Shown piece by piece: positions 46,486 to 56,448 of a DNA stretch of 64,000 nucleotides. The notes under the pieces were generated by a model that searched no databases, had not been told where the DNA came from, and was given only the letters and a program-made list of their open reading frames with translations. The first letter of the stretch is position 1, and every line of letters begins with the position of its first letter. The stretch is taken from the IMG/VR virus record IMGVR_UViG_3300020171_002032; one strand, 5' to 3'. The position numbers and the translations under genes were made by a program. The DNA is from an uncultured virus (IMG/VR IMGVR_UViG_3300020171_002032) (Duplodnaviria > Heunggongvirae > Uroviricota > Caudoviricetes).

Positions 46486-46845
46486 ATGGATAGTATCGAA
46501 AAGAACATGATTATCGGAGCTTTTGCAACGAGTGCAGTGGACATGGGCATTGAAGCCAACTACACATACAACAAAGGTCTAGGCAACGAATTAGGTGGTC
46601 AATTTCCGTACATGTCAATTCATGAGGCAATTCCATCCTTAGACGATTGGCTTGCCGATGCAGGTATTCCCGCATTATTCTACGCGGTAGGCAAACTAAT
46701 GAAGAAAAACAGTCTGATCCAAATGGCCAAAGGCGGAGCAATCTACGGAGTAAGCCAGCTTGCGGGAATCACTCTTTACCGAGTCGCCAAACTTGCGACA
46801 CCAGCACCATCAGCTAGATACGTCGTAGTCAACAGGAGGATCTAA
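46486..46845 (+). CDS. membrane protein, paralog of the next gene
   Basis: IEKNMIIGAFATS versus IEKRMLLGGLATS. Confidence 0.72.
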   Translation: MDSIEKNMIIGAFATSAVDMGIEANYTYNKGLGNELGGQFPYMSIHEAIPSLDDWLADAGIPALFYAVGKLMKKNSLIQMAKGGAIYGVSQLAGITLYRVAKLATPAPSARYVVVNRRI

Positions 46846-46847
46846 AA

Positions 46848-47303
46848 ATGTTCAATCCACTTAAAATAAACGCGATTGAGAAGCGAATGTTGCTCGGTGG
46901 ACTAGCTACCAGTATGATCTACTATGGAAACCATTATGCAATGGACACAGTAGCAGGATACCCGCCAGAACTCAAAAGCAGAGTCGATCCGCACATGCCG
47001 CAAAACGCAGACATCATAACATCACTGGCACCTCCAGCAACACTATATGTAGCTAAGAAAGTAGTCAAAACCGCAGGCAAGAAAGAAAAGATTGGGGACA
47101 TGGCCTTGGGAGCAACACTTTTCGGAGTGCCAAACTTCGTGCATGATGTAGTTGTGCAAACAGCTTACCAGGAAGGAGTTGCAGGCCGACCAGCCGCAAG
47201 ATTGCCAATGAATATGACAGCGACAAAATATGCTGTAAACAACGTTCCAATTGCAAGAACAGTTGCAGTAGCTCCGTTAGGCAAATACAGGGTCACAAGC
47301 TGA
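46848..47303 (+). CDS. membrane protein
   Basis: Paralog of the previous gene; AGGAGG RBS. Confidence 0.72.
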   Translation: MFNPLKINAIEKRMLLGGLATSMIYYGNHYAMDTVAGYPPELKSRVDPHMPQNADIITSLAPPATLYVAKKVVKTAGKKEKIGDMALGATLFGVPNFVHDVVVQTAYQEGVAGRPAARLPMNMTATKYAVNNVPIARTVAVAPLGKYRVTS

Positions 47304-47343
47304 AAGTAGCTTGAAATTCTAACCCTTTCTTTCTCACAGTTTT

Positions 47344-47544
47344 TTAACTTATAGGTATGGCTTTGGCGATGCAGTATTTTCCGTCTCTTGTCTTGACCCA
47401 GTAGACGCGGTCTCCATCTGCTAGATTCAGACTTTTTCTGATTTCAACGGGAACCTGGAGTCTTCCTCTGTTTTGCAATTGTCTGACTCCGATGAATTCC
47501 CCTTCAATCTTTTCAGAAACTTGATATTTTGAGTCCGTAGACAT
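47344..47544 (-). CDS. AbrB/MazE-type regulator
   Basis: RGRLQVPVEIRKSLNLADGDRVYW. Confidence 0.8.
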   Translation of the reverse strand: MSTDSKYQVSEKIEGEFIGVRQLQNRGRLQVPVEIRKSLNLADGDRVYWVKTRDGKYCIAKAIPIS

Positions 47545-47636
47545 GCTCGCCACAAGTGTCGAGTCATTATATAAATTATGAACCTTATAAATTTTGGTGA
47601 AAAGTACAAAGGAGTATTGAGAATATAGGCCAGGGA

Positions 47637-48257
47637 ATGTATACAATCGCGGAATGGGACTCTGTGCAGGCTGAGAATAGCGTGTTTCAAAGGGCTTTGG
47701 CTTCTTTGGATCAGCGTATGATTGTTAAGTGTAATGCTGATTGGTCTCCGAAGAGTTTCAATGCAAGTAAGCCTCTCAGTTTGGGAGACAACAATTATGG
47801 AAGAACAACCATTTTGCCCGAACTGTTCGATGATCATAGCGGAACTGCGATGGCTCATTGGAGACAACTATTCACGACTGCTGGACATCAAACATTGATC
47901 TCTGGTAATGGAGCTGGAAGCACAATGCCTGAAGACTTCAAGATTGCATGGGCTGGGTTGGCGTTTCCAAACAAGCAACAGCACATTACTGAAATCAAAT
48001 GGCAGATAGGCGACAGAAAATATGGGCGCATCAACATTGAAGAACTGAAAGGCTACAACAAACCAGCAATAATCTTTGAGGAAGGCTACGTAATTAACGA
48101 GGAAGAAAGCTTCGATCTCTACGGTTACGTGGAAGGACCAATAGCTGTCAGCGAACCCTTCATAGCAGGACTCTATCAACGAATCGTAATGCTTGGTGCA
48201 GCATACTTCAACGTGGTCAGCAAAGTGCTTGGCACTTGTGGAGCCGCAATCACTTAG
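47637..48257 (+). CDS. candidate major capsid protein 1 (single jelly-roll-like)
   Basis: Tandem paralog of 48272-48868 (ITEIKWQIGDRK..RINIEE..YNKPAI.FE); the capsid call is inference. Confidence 0.55.
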   Translation: MYTIAEWDSVQAENSVFQRALASLDQRMIVKCNADWSPKSFNASKPLSLGDNNYGRTTILPELFDDHSGTAMAHWRQLFTTAGHQTLISGNGAGSTMPEDFKIAWAGLAFPNKQQHITEIKWQIGDRKYGRINIEELKGYNKPAIIFEEGYVINEEESFDLYGYVEGPIAVSEPFIAGLYQRIVMLGAAYFNVVSKVLGTCGAAIT

Positions 48258-48271
48258 GAGATGAATGAGCA

Positions 48272-48868
48272 ATGTACGGATACGTAATTTGCGAATACGA
48301 AAAAGTGCGAGAATGGATGCCTGAATTTGCAGCTTCAATGCAAAAACTCAAGGATGACCTAATAACGAAAGCGTCAGCAGACTGGAACCCCGTTAAGTAC
48401 GGTGGAATGGCACCTCAAGCAGGCCAGTTTGGGGAAAGCACTATCATACCAGGATTGTTCAACGGGCTACAAGCAGCCTATCAGCCTTTACCAACATGGT
48501 ATCAATGGCTCAACGCCACTGGAAACCAAACCATAATGACTGGAACTGGAACAGGCGGAACAATTCACGAAGACTACAAGATAGGCTTGGCAGGACTCGT
48601 TTTCCTAAGTAAAGCAATAAGAATCAGCGAAATTCGACTTCAAATAGGAGACAGAAAGATTCCGAGAATCAACGTTGAAGAAGCAATGGCCTACAACAAG
48701 CCAGCCATAGTATTCGAGCAACCAATGATACTGGACGAACAAGAAGGCTTCTCACTATACGCTTACGTGCTAAGTCAAGGACCAGAACGCATCAAACTCT
48801 TAGGACTAGAAATGAACAGAATACCTAACAAACTGCAAGTCACCAACACAGGAGCCGCATTAACATAG
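48272..48868 (+). CDS. candidate major capsid protein 2 (single jelly-roll-like)
   Basis: Paralog of the previous gene. Confidence 0.55.
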   Translation: MYGYVICEYEKVREWMPEFAASMQKLKDDLITKASADWNPVKYGGMAPQAGQFGESTIIPGLFNGLQAAYQPLPTWYQWLNATGNQTIMTGTGTGGTIHEDYKIGLAGLVFLSKAIRISEIRLQIGDRKIPRINVEEAMAYNKPAIVFEQPMILDEQEGFSLYAYVLSQGPERIKLLGLEMNRIPNKLQVTNTGAALT

Positions 48869-48882
48869 GAGAATGATGAAAA

Positions 48883-49281
48883 ATGGTACAAGTAATAATT
48901 CCAACTCCACACGGAGGCTCCGCAGGACCAGCCGCATCAGGAACAGGAGCACCACCATTAATCCACATCCACGCAGTTGAAAGACACATCCACGGAAACG
49001 GCATAGTAATCCACGTCTACGGAGAAATGAAAATTGCATCAGGCACATATGTCTACGCAAGAGAAATGAAACTAAACACACTAGAAACACTAACCTTAAC
49101 CCCAGAACTGAACCGAGACAACGGACTCGGCTACATGGCACAAAAATTCATCTACCACAAAGGCGAATACGACAACTACGCATCAATAGCAGTATACGAC
49201 GACAACAGCGTCCAACAAGTAGCAGGAACAGGCCCAGTAGACGGAAGCATCTGGCTCGACTGGGAAGGGACAGGGGAATGA
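48883..49281 (+). CDS. putative structural protein
   Basis: Operon with the capsid candidates; codons strongly A/C-ending. Confidence 0.7.
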   Translation: MVQVIIPTPHGGSAGPAASGTGAPPLIHIHAVERHIHGNGIVIHVYGEMKIASGTYVYAREMKLNTLETLTLTPELNRDNGLGYMAQKFIYHKGEYDNYASIAVYDDNSVQQVAGTGPVDGSIWLDWEGTGE

Positions 49282-49482
49282 AACGGCTAGACTTCGTTTC
49301 ACTGTACAACAAAATTGAACCCAATCAAACCAAATGAAACCAAGAAAGACTCAAACAACCCCTCTTTTTCTTTGTGAAAACTTCTTATATGGATAGTTTT
49401 TTATATGTACTCAGAGAAATTAATTGGGTTAGAGTGATTTAAGAAAGAATCCTCGAAAACAACATGATATGAGGAAACCAGA

Positions 49483-50145
49483 ATGATCGAGTGGAAAGAT
49501 TGGAGTGACGGCTGGATCAAAAGCGGCTACTACGTAAGCTACTACAGAGAAGGCACATTGTATTATGAACATGTGATTGCGCGTGACATGGGCCATTGGG
49601 AGTACAATTGGCCTGCAACCATAACGACTTTGACTACGAGCGGTCCATTTATGCCTGCACAATTTGAAATTACGAAAGGCTATGACAGTCAAAGCAACAC
49701 GAACCAGATTTGGCAGTTCATTTTCGGAATAAGGGGTCAAGCCTTTATTTACATTGAATTGCCCACGGACATTCATCGCCATGGAATACCGAAAGTTCCG
49801 AAACCAAGCGCAGACATGAGAAGGGTGTCGCACTTTGAAGAATGGATGACTCCGTTCAGGGAACCCAGCTTCATAAGTGAACATTTCATGATGCGTCCCG
49901 AAGCAATTCAAGTTGGTTTCGACGCTTACAACCCGAACGCAATAGACTTGACAGATGTAATTTTGAACATTTTCATCAACAAAATGCAAACCGAAAGAAT
50001 AGGCACAGTCGAAAATGGAGTGACAAGACCGACGTACCCACGATTCGAAGAAGTCTTGAATAAGCTTTGGAAACAGACAATTCCATGCACACCAATAACG
50101 GTGCTGGGCGTTCGTGCGCCAGCAGAAGCGGCTGCGGGGGAGTAA
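49483..50145 (+). CDS. putative structural protein
   Basis: 220-aa ORF in the structural operon. Confidence 0.7.
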   Translation: MIEWKDWSDGWIKSGYYVSYYREGTLYYEHVIARDMGHWEYNWPATITTLTTSGPFMPAQFEITKGYDSQSNTNQIWQFIFGIRGQAFIYIELPTDIHRHGIPKVPKPSADMRRVSHFEEWMTPFREPSFISEHFMMRPEAIQVGFDAYNPNAIDLTDVILNIFINKMQTERIGTVENGVTRPTYPRFEEVLNKLWKQTIPCTPITVLGVRAPAEAAAGE

Positions 50146-50148
50146 TGA

Positions 50149-50634
50149 ATGACACAGCTTAACATGTTGCAGAAGAAAGATCTTGGACTTCAACGTGAAG
50201 TAATGGATGCTTTGCCCTACGCCGTAGTCGGCGGCGCATGGGAAGGAAGCTTAACAGCTCGAACAGACCTATACACAGCTCTCGTTCACATTGTTCCAGC
50301 AGGACATCAATTGAAAATCCTGTTTCTAAGAGTGTGGACTCAAAACAGTAACGGATGCAAATTCAGCATAGTACAATCGAACCCAGCGGCAACAGGAGCA
50401 ACAGGAACAATTGAAGCATCTCCAGTAGTTGGTTCAGTGCCGAGCGGAGTCAGAGATTATCCGATGCTTGAAGCAGCAGGATGCGAAGTGCTACGAGGCG
50501 GCCTAGAAGATCCAGTGCATGTGGTTGAAGGAAGCATAAACTTCAACATCATACACAAGTATCCAGCAGGAACACCATTAACAGGAGACAGAATCGGCAT
50601 CTCTTATTGGGGTGTCGAAAAGTGGCCTGAATAA
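50149..50634 (+). CDS. putative structural protein (beta-sandwich)
   Basis: HIVPAG motif; operon context. Confidence 0.7.
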   Translation: MTQLNMLQKKDLGLQREVMDALPYAVVGGAWEGSLTARTDLYTALVHIVPAGHQLKILFLRVWTQNSNGCKFSIVQSNPAATGATGTIEASPVVGSVPSGVRDYPMLEAAGCEVLRGGLEDPVHVVEGSINFNIIHKYPAGTPLTGDRIGISYWGVEKWPE

Positions 50635-50734
50635 CCAACAACCAATTTTCCCTTTTTTTATTTTTCGGACTTATCTAGCGCACGCAAAGCATAAAAGACC
50701 TTACTTATCACATTTAGTATGTGAGGTTTGACAT

Positions 50735-51205
50735 TTGAGCAGACATGTTAATCACAGAGCGACAAAAGAAATTTTCATACCCGCAACTGGCGGAACCGAT
50801 CCACACGCATTACAGGCAATGTCAGGCTACTTAGTTGACACCAATACCGATGAGGCAGACATTCAAATGATGGTTCCACATGACTTCGGCAAACTGGAAG
50901 AACTTGTTGTTGCTGTGATTCCGATAGCAATTGCTGCTGCTTCGGTAGCTATGGGTTTCAGGGTTCAAGTCAACCATGCTAGACGCAATGAACTTTACAC
51001 GATACACAACCGTACAAGAAATGATCTGACTATCGCAGTTCCCGCTGCAAACCTAGTTACGGAGATAAACATAACTCCTCTACTTGATACCGCAACCTTG
51101 AGTGCCAAGGACTACTTGGGCATAATCTTCTCACGGGTTGACGCTTCTGGACACAATACGAATGTCATGGTTATGGGTGCTAGACTGAAATATCAAACTC
51201 AATGA
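50735..51205 (+). CDS. putative structural protein
   Basis: VPHDF..., beta-rich. Confidence 0.65.
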   Translation: MSRHVNHRATKEIFIPATGGTDPHALQAMSGYLVDTNTDEADIQMMVPHDFGKLEELVVAVIPIAIAAASVAMGFRVQVNHARRNELYTIHNRTRNDLTIAVPAANLVTEINITPLLDTATLSAKDYLGIIFSRVDASGHNTNVMVMGARLKYQTQ

Positions 51206-51834
51206 GTTATCTCAGTAATTACGCGGTTTGGGAAGAAAAACATCTAGGCACTCTTAATGATGTCTGGGTGAGGCTTGAATATGATAGACTTCGAAATCTG
51301 AAACCAACAGACATAGTTGTTGATGCAGGAGCGAGTATCGGAGCATTCACGGTTAAGGCATGTCTTCAAGCCAAATTCGTTTACGCTTTTGAACCTGAAC
51401 TTGAAAACTTTCAGATGCTTCAAAAAAACACTGAAAAGCATAAGAACATGAAGATTCATCAAAAAGCTTTATGGTCATCTTCTGAAATGAAACCATTATA
51501 TCTTAGTCGTAATTGGGGAGGCCATTCACTGATTCCTAAAAAGGAAAACAGAACCGTTATGGTTGAAGCGGTGACATTGGACGAAATGGTTACTGAAAGA
51601 GTGGATTTTCTCAAGGTAGATGTGGAAGCAACGGAGCTTGACCTTTTCAAAGGAGCAAAAGAAATATTAAGCAAGTACAAGCCGTTCATTGCCATCGAGA
51701 TACATTCAATCCCTATTTTTCAAAGCGTTAACGATTTTCTTTCCCAGTTTGGGTACACTGTTCGCGCTGGAATCATCGATTCAACTATTGTGGAGATTCG
51801 AGAACCCACCTACGGAACAGTCTACTTTGCGTGA
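51202..51834 (+). CDS. FkbM-family methyltransferase
   Basis: VVDAGASIG, YAFEP, FLKVDVEATE. Confidence 0.88.
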   Translation: MSYLSNYAVWEEKHLGTLNDVWVRLEYDRLRNLKPTDIVVDAGASIGAFTVKACLQAKFVYAFEPELENFQMLQKNTEKHKNMKIHQKALWSSSEMKPLYLSRNWGGHSLIPKKENRTVMVEAVTLDEMVTERVDFLKVDVEATELDLFKGAKEILSKYKPFIAIEIHSIPIFQSVNDFLSQFGYTVRAGIIDSTIVEIREPTYGTVYFA

Positions 51835-51856
51835 TCATATTTTCTTAGTCGTGTAC

Positions 51857-52552
51857 TTAATAGAAAAACCATAGTTCTCTTTCTGCATAGCTGTTTCGTA
51901 ACAGTGTATTGAGATGTTTGTATTCTGCTTTCCGCATAATCATTTCATAGCCATATTCCCAACTTTCCTTGATGGGTTTAGGTGGAACAGATAAGGGCTG
52001 AGTTGTTCTGAGTCCAGGCGTGTTTGGCAGTTGCTCTGTCGGACCAGTCATCATGAACAGATACTTGCTATTCTGGTGGATTAGTTGTAAAGTTTTCCAT
52101 GCGTTTTCTTCATTTGTTCTCAACATTTGATCGAAAACATTCAGAAGTAAAACCGCGTCATAGAAGACGTTATCAATTTGCAGAAAATCCTCTATAGCCA
52201 TGCTTACTATCTTGACCTGTAATTTCTTCAGGCTTTTAATATGCTCGGCAATAAGGGCTAAGAGAGGATTACTTTCGACACCTGTGACTCTTGCTCCTGA
52301 TTCAGCCATTAAGAAACTGAATTGACCAATATGACAGCCCACATCAAGAATCATTTTGCCCTCTAAGGGGTTGAGAGATGAAGAGATCTTCTCAAAGATA
52401 GACATGGCTACCGAAATGCCTTCAGGTGCTCTGTTATGTGCTAACATTTCCTTGAAACTAAAAGTTTCAATATCTTGTAGACTAACTGGAACGTTATGAA
52501 TGCTAACTTGAAGGTTATCTCTGAAATATTCCTGAAGCACATCCATACACAT
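51857..52552 (-). CDS. class I SAM-dependent methyltransferase
   Basis: ILDVGCHIG, YDAVLLLNV. Confidence 0.82.
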   Translation of the reverse strand: MCMDVLQEYFRDNLQVSIHNVPVSLQDIETFSFKEMLAHNRAPEGISVAMSIFEKISSSLNPLEGKMILDVGCHIGQFSFLMAESGARVTGVESNPLLALIAEHIKSLKKLQVKIVSMAIEDFLQIDNVFYDAVLLLNVFDQMLRTNEENAWKTLQLIHQNSKYLFMMTGPTEQLPNTPGLRTTQPLSVPPKPIKESWEYGYEMIMRKAEYKHLNTLLRNSYAERELWFFY

Positions 52553-53386
52553 TCACTCTCGCTCTTTCTTTTTAACAATCCAAAAGGCGCGGTAGTCAGG
52601 TGAGTTCGGGTATCCTTCAAACTTAACTTGCTCAGTTGCCACAGAATCAAATCTTGGAAGACTGTTGAGAACATCTAGAATCGCGGTCTTTGTGTAGTAG
52701 CTCCAGTAAAAAGCGTGCCTGTAGCCTACTTCTGGTTTGATTTCGCTTATCTTATACGTACACTCTTTCAGTATGTCAGTTCCTCTTCCGAAGAACCCTA
52801 TCATCAAGACTTTTTTGGTGACTCTCCACATTTCCTCTAAAACTTTCTTGTAAGCATCTGGTGGTAAATGTATCAACATGTCCTTCTCATAGACGCTTGC
52901 GAATGACTCGTTTTGGAAGGGCAGTTTCTTTCCATCTCCCTGAACTATTGGCACATCTGGTGTGTGTTTGAGTGCTCCTGCCAACAGTTTATAGGTCAAG
53001 TCTACGCCAACATATCGTAATCCAGCTTCTCGGTATAGTGGATAGTCGATGCATGTTGCACATCCCACGTCGAGAACAGAGTTGCCATTAGTTTTTGCTT
53101 CATCCCGAATTCTAACTCGAATCGGCTGTTCATGCGGGTCAATGCCTCTCATAAACATGTGGTCAACGAGAGGAGCGTCTGACAGTTCCCACCACTTCTC
53201 AAGAACTGATTGTTCAGGATTATCGTACAGTATAGGTATTGACTGGCGAATCCAATAGGTCTTATTACAAGTTTGGCAAGTCAGCGTTCCTTCCTCTATA
53301 ATACCATTGTCTTCCTTAGAAACGTTCAATGTCAAGGAATGATGATCGTCTGGACAAGCCAGAACATCCATAAGCTGCCGATTCAT
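52553..53386 (-). CDS. Trm112-like domain fused to a class I methyltransferase
   Basis: LMDVLACP...EGTLTCQTCNKTYWIRQSIPIL followed by VLDVGCA. Confidence 0.85.
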   Translation of the reverse strand: MNRQLMDVLACPDDHHSLTLNVSKEDNGIIEEGTLTCQTCNKTYWIRQSIPILYDNPEQSVLEKWWELSDAPLVDHMFMRGIDPHEQPIRVRIRDEAKTNGNSVLDVGCATCIDYPLYREAGLRYVGVDLTYKLLAGALKHTPDVPIVQGDGKKLPFQNESFASVYEKDMLIHLPPDAYKKVLEEMWRVTKKVLMIGFFGRGTDILKECTYKISEIKPEVGYRHAFYWSYYTKTAILDVLNSLPRFDSVATEQVKFEGYPNSPDYRAFWIVKKKERE

Positions 53387-53390
53387 CAGA

Positions 53391-54632
53391 TCACGGAGGA
53401 GAAATATCTGAGAGCAGATTTATTAGTTCATCCCTAGCCTGTTCAATATCGGTTTTCGTCATTTGACACGTTTCAACAACGACGTTGCCCTTGTGACACT
53501 TGCCGACCATACTGTATTGGGTTAGGTCTCTGGTTAAGATTTTAAGTCCATATTTTTCTGGAAAAGCCCATGCATCACAGCCTGGATAAGGGGTAAATAC
53601 GCTTACGTTCCAGAAGTCAGGGGGGCACTCTTTCAACAGTTTTTTGGTGTCTTCAACACTCTGCCATGTTTCTCCTGGGCTTCCGACAATTATTCCAACT
53701 TTCAATTGAATGCCTGAAGCTTTAGTCAGTTTCATAGCCTTCAAATTCTGTTTCACAGTCGATCCTTTACGTAGCCTATTCAAAACTTCTTGATTTCCAC
53801 TTTCGACTCCCAGAATTAATTCCTTACATCCTGAGTCTCGCATGAGAGCCAAAACTTCACTGTCGATGGTGTCTACACGCGAAAGACATCGCCACACAAT
53901 GTCCAATTTGGCAAACTCCCGACACAAAGACATGACTCGCGTTCTGTCAACACAAAAAGTATCGTCATGCCAATTGAAACCTCTATAACCCATGGTGGAT
54001 ATGACTTGCCTGATTTCTGCAACAATGTTTTCTACACTACGAAAGCGAACTTGCCTTAAAAAAACAACATGGGAACCGCAGAAACAACAATTAAACTTGC
54101 AACCGCGACTGGAGATGATGCTGACTGCGGGAGCTAACAACTTCTTTCCCCAGTAGATGCCTCGCTTATATTTTGTCCAATCGATCAAATGGCGAGCTGG
54201 AAAAGGAACAGAATCCATATCGCTGACAGGTTCTCCGCGAAACACTAAGCGAGAACCGATGTGTGACTGTGGATTTGAAAGTATGCGAGTTAACGCTTTT
54301 TCTCCCTCACCTAACACAGCCAAGTCGAATTTAGAACTGTCAAAGTCTTCGGGAACTGCTGAAATATGTGGGCCTCCGAGAATTTTGAGTTTATCTGGAT
54401 ACTCTTTGAAGAGTCTATGACTCAGTTTAACAGTGGTGGGCCATTGAGGACTTGTTGATGTGACTGCATAAACATCTGCGTCTGGAAGTTTGTCTTCAAG
54501 AGTGTTCATGTCAACGATGCTTGCTTGCCACATGTTTTCTTCTGCAATGGCCGCTAGATACATTAGTGAGAAGGGGGGATCTAACTGTTCCATGAATGCT
54601 TGATAGGGTGGCGAGATAAAGCATATTTTCAT
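53391..54632 (-). CDS. B12-binding (class B) radical SAM protein
   Basis: GGPH, GEGE, SRGCKFNCCFC, GVESG. Confidence 0.9.
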   Translation of the reverse strand: MKICFISPPYQAFMEQLDPPFSLMYLAAIAEENMWQASIVDMNTLEDKLPDADVYAVTSTSPQWPTTVKLSHRLFKEYPDKLKILGGPHISAVPEDFDSSKFDLAVLGEGEKALTRILSNPQSHIGSRLVFRGEPVSDMDSVPFPARHLIDWTKYKRGIYWGKKLLAPAVSIISSRGCKFNCCFCGSHVVFLRQVRFRSVENIVAEIRQVISTMGYRGFNWHDDTFCVDRTRVMSLCREFAKLDIVWRCLSRVDTIDSEVLALMRDSGCKELILGVESGNQEVLNRLRKGSTVKQNLKAMKLTKASGIQLKVGIIVGSPGETWQSVEDTKKLLKECPPDFWNVSVFTPYPGCDAWAFPEKYGLKILTRDLTQYSMVGKCHKGNVVVETCQMTKTDIEQARDELINLLSDISPP

Positions 54633-55486
54633 TTCAGATCATCAATCAACTGTTTTAATCCTTCGAAGAGATGAGTTTTAGCTTGAAATCCATATACGGC
54701 TGCTTTGCTTACATTCAGCTCATTCCGTTTTGGATCTCCTTTCAGGGTTGAAACAACATGCTCAACCTTTACTGGTTTGTTTAGAAGCTGTTGGATCAAT
54801 ATGATTAACTCGTTTATCGATGTTGAAATACCAGTTCCAATGTCATATGTTCCGCTTGGAAACTTTCCTTCAACTGCTAGAACGACTGCTTCTGCAACAT
54901 CGCTTACATATGTGAAATCTCTTGTCTGTTCGCCATCACCATTTACTTGGATAGTTTCACCTTTCAAGGCTTTGTCTAAGATGAGGTTTATGCTGGTTTT
55001 CTTTCTTCCCTTGCCGTAGATGCTTGAGAATCGAAAGATGACGGTTTGAAGTCCGTACAGATCATGAAAGAGCTTGAGGTAGCGTTCTGCACATAATTTG
55101 GAGACTCCATAGGGACTTATTGGTTCTGGATATTGATAGTTATTTCCATAGACTGCACCACTGCTACTGAAAAGGACGTTGCAACCGTTTTTGCGGGCTA
55201 CTTCAAGAACGTTTAGAGTTCCGATAATGTTTATCAAAGCATCTTCTTGCGGATTCTGCAATGATGGAGTCAAAAATACTTGAGCGGCAAAATGAACGAT
55301 CCATTGTGGCTTAATTTGCTGTACCTTTTCATTCAACGCTTCTACATCAAGTATATCATACCCTTCAACCAAATCATAAGAAAAAGCTGTGTAACCACGT
55401 TTTTGCAGTGTTTCAATAACACATTTGCCTATAAAACCTGAACCGCCAGTACATAGGACGCTTATTTTTGACGCTTCTGAAATTAT
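54629..55486 (-). CDS. NAD-dependent epimerase/dehydratase (probable non-canonical ATA start)
   Basis: TGGSGFIG lies in frame upstream of the called TTG at 55372; YGVSK motif. Confidence 0.85.
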   Translation of the reverse strand: MISEASKISVLCTGGSGFIGKCVIETLQKRGYTAFSYDLVEGYDILDVEALNEKVQQIKPQWIVHFAAQVFLTPSLQNPQEDALINIIGTLNVLEVARKNGCNVLFSSSGAVYGNNYQYPEPISPYGVSKLCAERYLKLFHDLYGLQTVIFRFSSIYGKGRKKTSINLILDKALKGETIQVNGDGEQTRDFTYVSDVAEAVVLAVEGKFPSGTYDIGTGISTSINELIILIQQLLNKPVKVEHVVSTLKGDPKRNELNVSKAAVYGFQAKTHLFEGLKQLIDDLK

Positions 55487-56448
55487 AGTCCCCTCCTTAC
55501 CTGATTGTACCAGTTCACATAACGGGTCAAACCTTCTTTGAATGGAACCTTGGGACGGTAGCCGTAGCTTTTAGCAAGGGTAATATCTGCAAGCAATCTT
55601 TTTATGTCATTGAATCTAGGTGGACCAAAGACAGGTTCGTGATGGTTGCCCCAAATCTCGTTCATAAGGTCAACAAGATCTAAAACGGAGTAATCCTCTC
55701 CATATCCTAGATTCACTATTTCACAGTTACTTAGTTTCGAAAGAAGTATCAGACCATCAACGGTGTCGCTTACATATGTGAAGTCTCTGCTGTGGTGTCC
55801 ATCACCAAAAATCACTGGCGGTTGATTCTTTTCAAATCGCTTAATAAATGCGGTGATGACACCAGCGTAGGCATTGAATCCTTTCATCAGCCTTTCCATA
55901 TTCAAATCTTCACGTTGCAATGGCCCGAATGTATTGAAGGGTCTAATGATTACTGCTGGGACGTTGTAGGTTTCGTGGAAGAATTTGACGTAGCTTTCGC
56001 CGATTACTTTGGTTAGGGCGTAAAGGCTGTTAGGTCTTAACGGCGCAGTTTCCTTTATTGGAAAAACGTCTTGATCGCCGTACTCCTCGCTCGTACCTAC
56101 AAAAATTATCTTGTTGTTGCATTCTTTGGCGGCTAGGCACACGTTGAATGTTCCTACATCGTTTGCTTGGTGTAGTTTTGCTGGGTCATCCATGCCGAGT
56201 ACTAAGCATTGTGTTGCGAGATGGAATATGACATCGGCATGAGAGGCTAACTTTTTCACTGCGTCATAATGGGCGATAGTGTCTATTACAATGTTCACTT
56301 TGTCTTGGACGTTTCCTAAATTCTTAGGGTCAGCAGCGCCAGATGACAAGTCATCTATAACGCTTACTTCATGTCCGTCTTCTACAAGTTTTCGAACTAG
56401 ATGGCTTCCTATGAAACCAATTCCGCCTGTAACTACATATTTTGTCAT
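55483..56448 (-). CDS. NAD-dependent epimerase / nucleotide-sugar dehydratase
   Basis: VTGGIGFIG, YALTK, RPFNTFGP, RDFTYV. Confidence 0.9.
   Translation of the reverse strand: MTKYVVTGGIGFIGSHLVRKLVEDGHEVSVIDDLSSGAADPKNLGNVQDKVNIVIDTIAHYDAVKKLASHADVIFHLATQCLVLGMDDPAKLHQANDVGTFNVCLAAKECNNKIIFVGTSEEYGDQDVFPIKETAPLRPNSLYALTKVIGESYVKFFHETYNVPAVIIRPFNTFGPLQREDLNMERLMKGFNAYAGVITAFIKRFEKNQPPVIFGDGHHSRDFTYVSDTVDGLILLSKLSNCEIVNLGYGEDYSVLDLVDLMNEIWGNHHEPVFGPPRFNDIKRLLADITLAKSYGYRPKVPFKEGLTRYVNWYNQVRRGL

Noticed and set aside
49429..50193. Long antisense ORFs (e.g. 49429-50193, 63482-63907, 6531-6977)
   Set aside because: Shadows of better-supported genes on the opposite strand.
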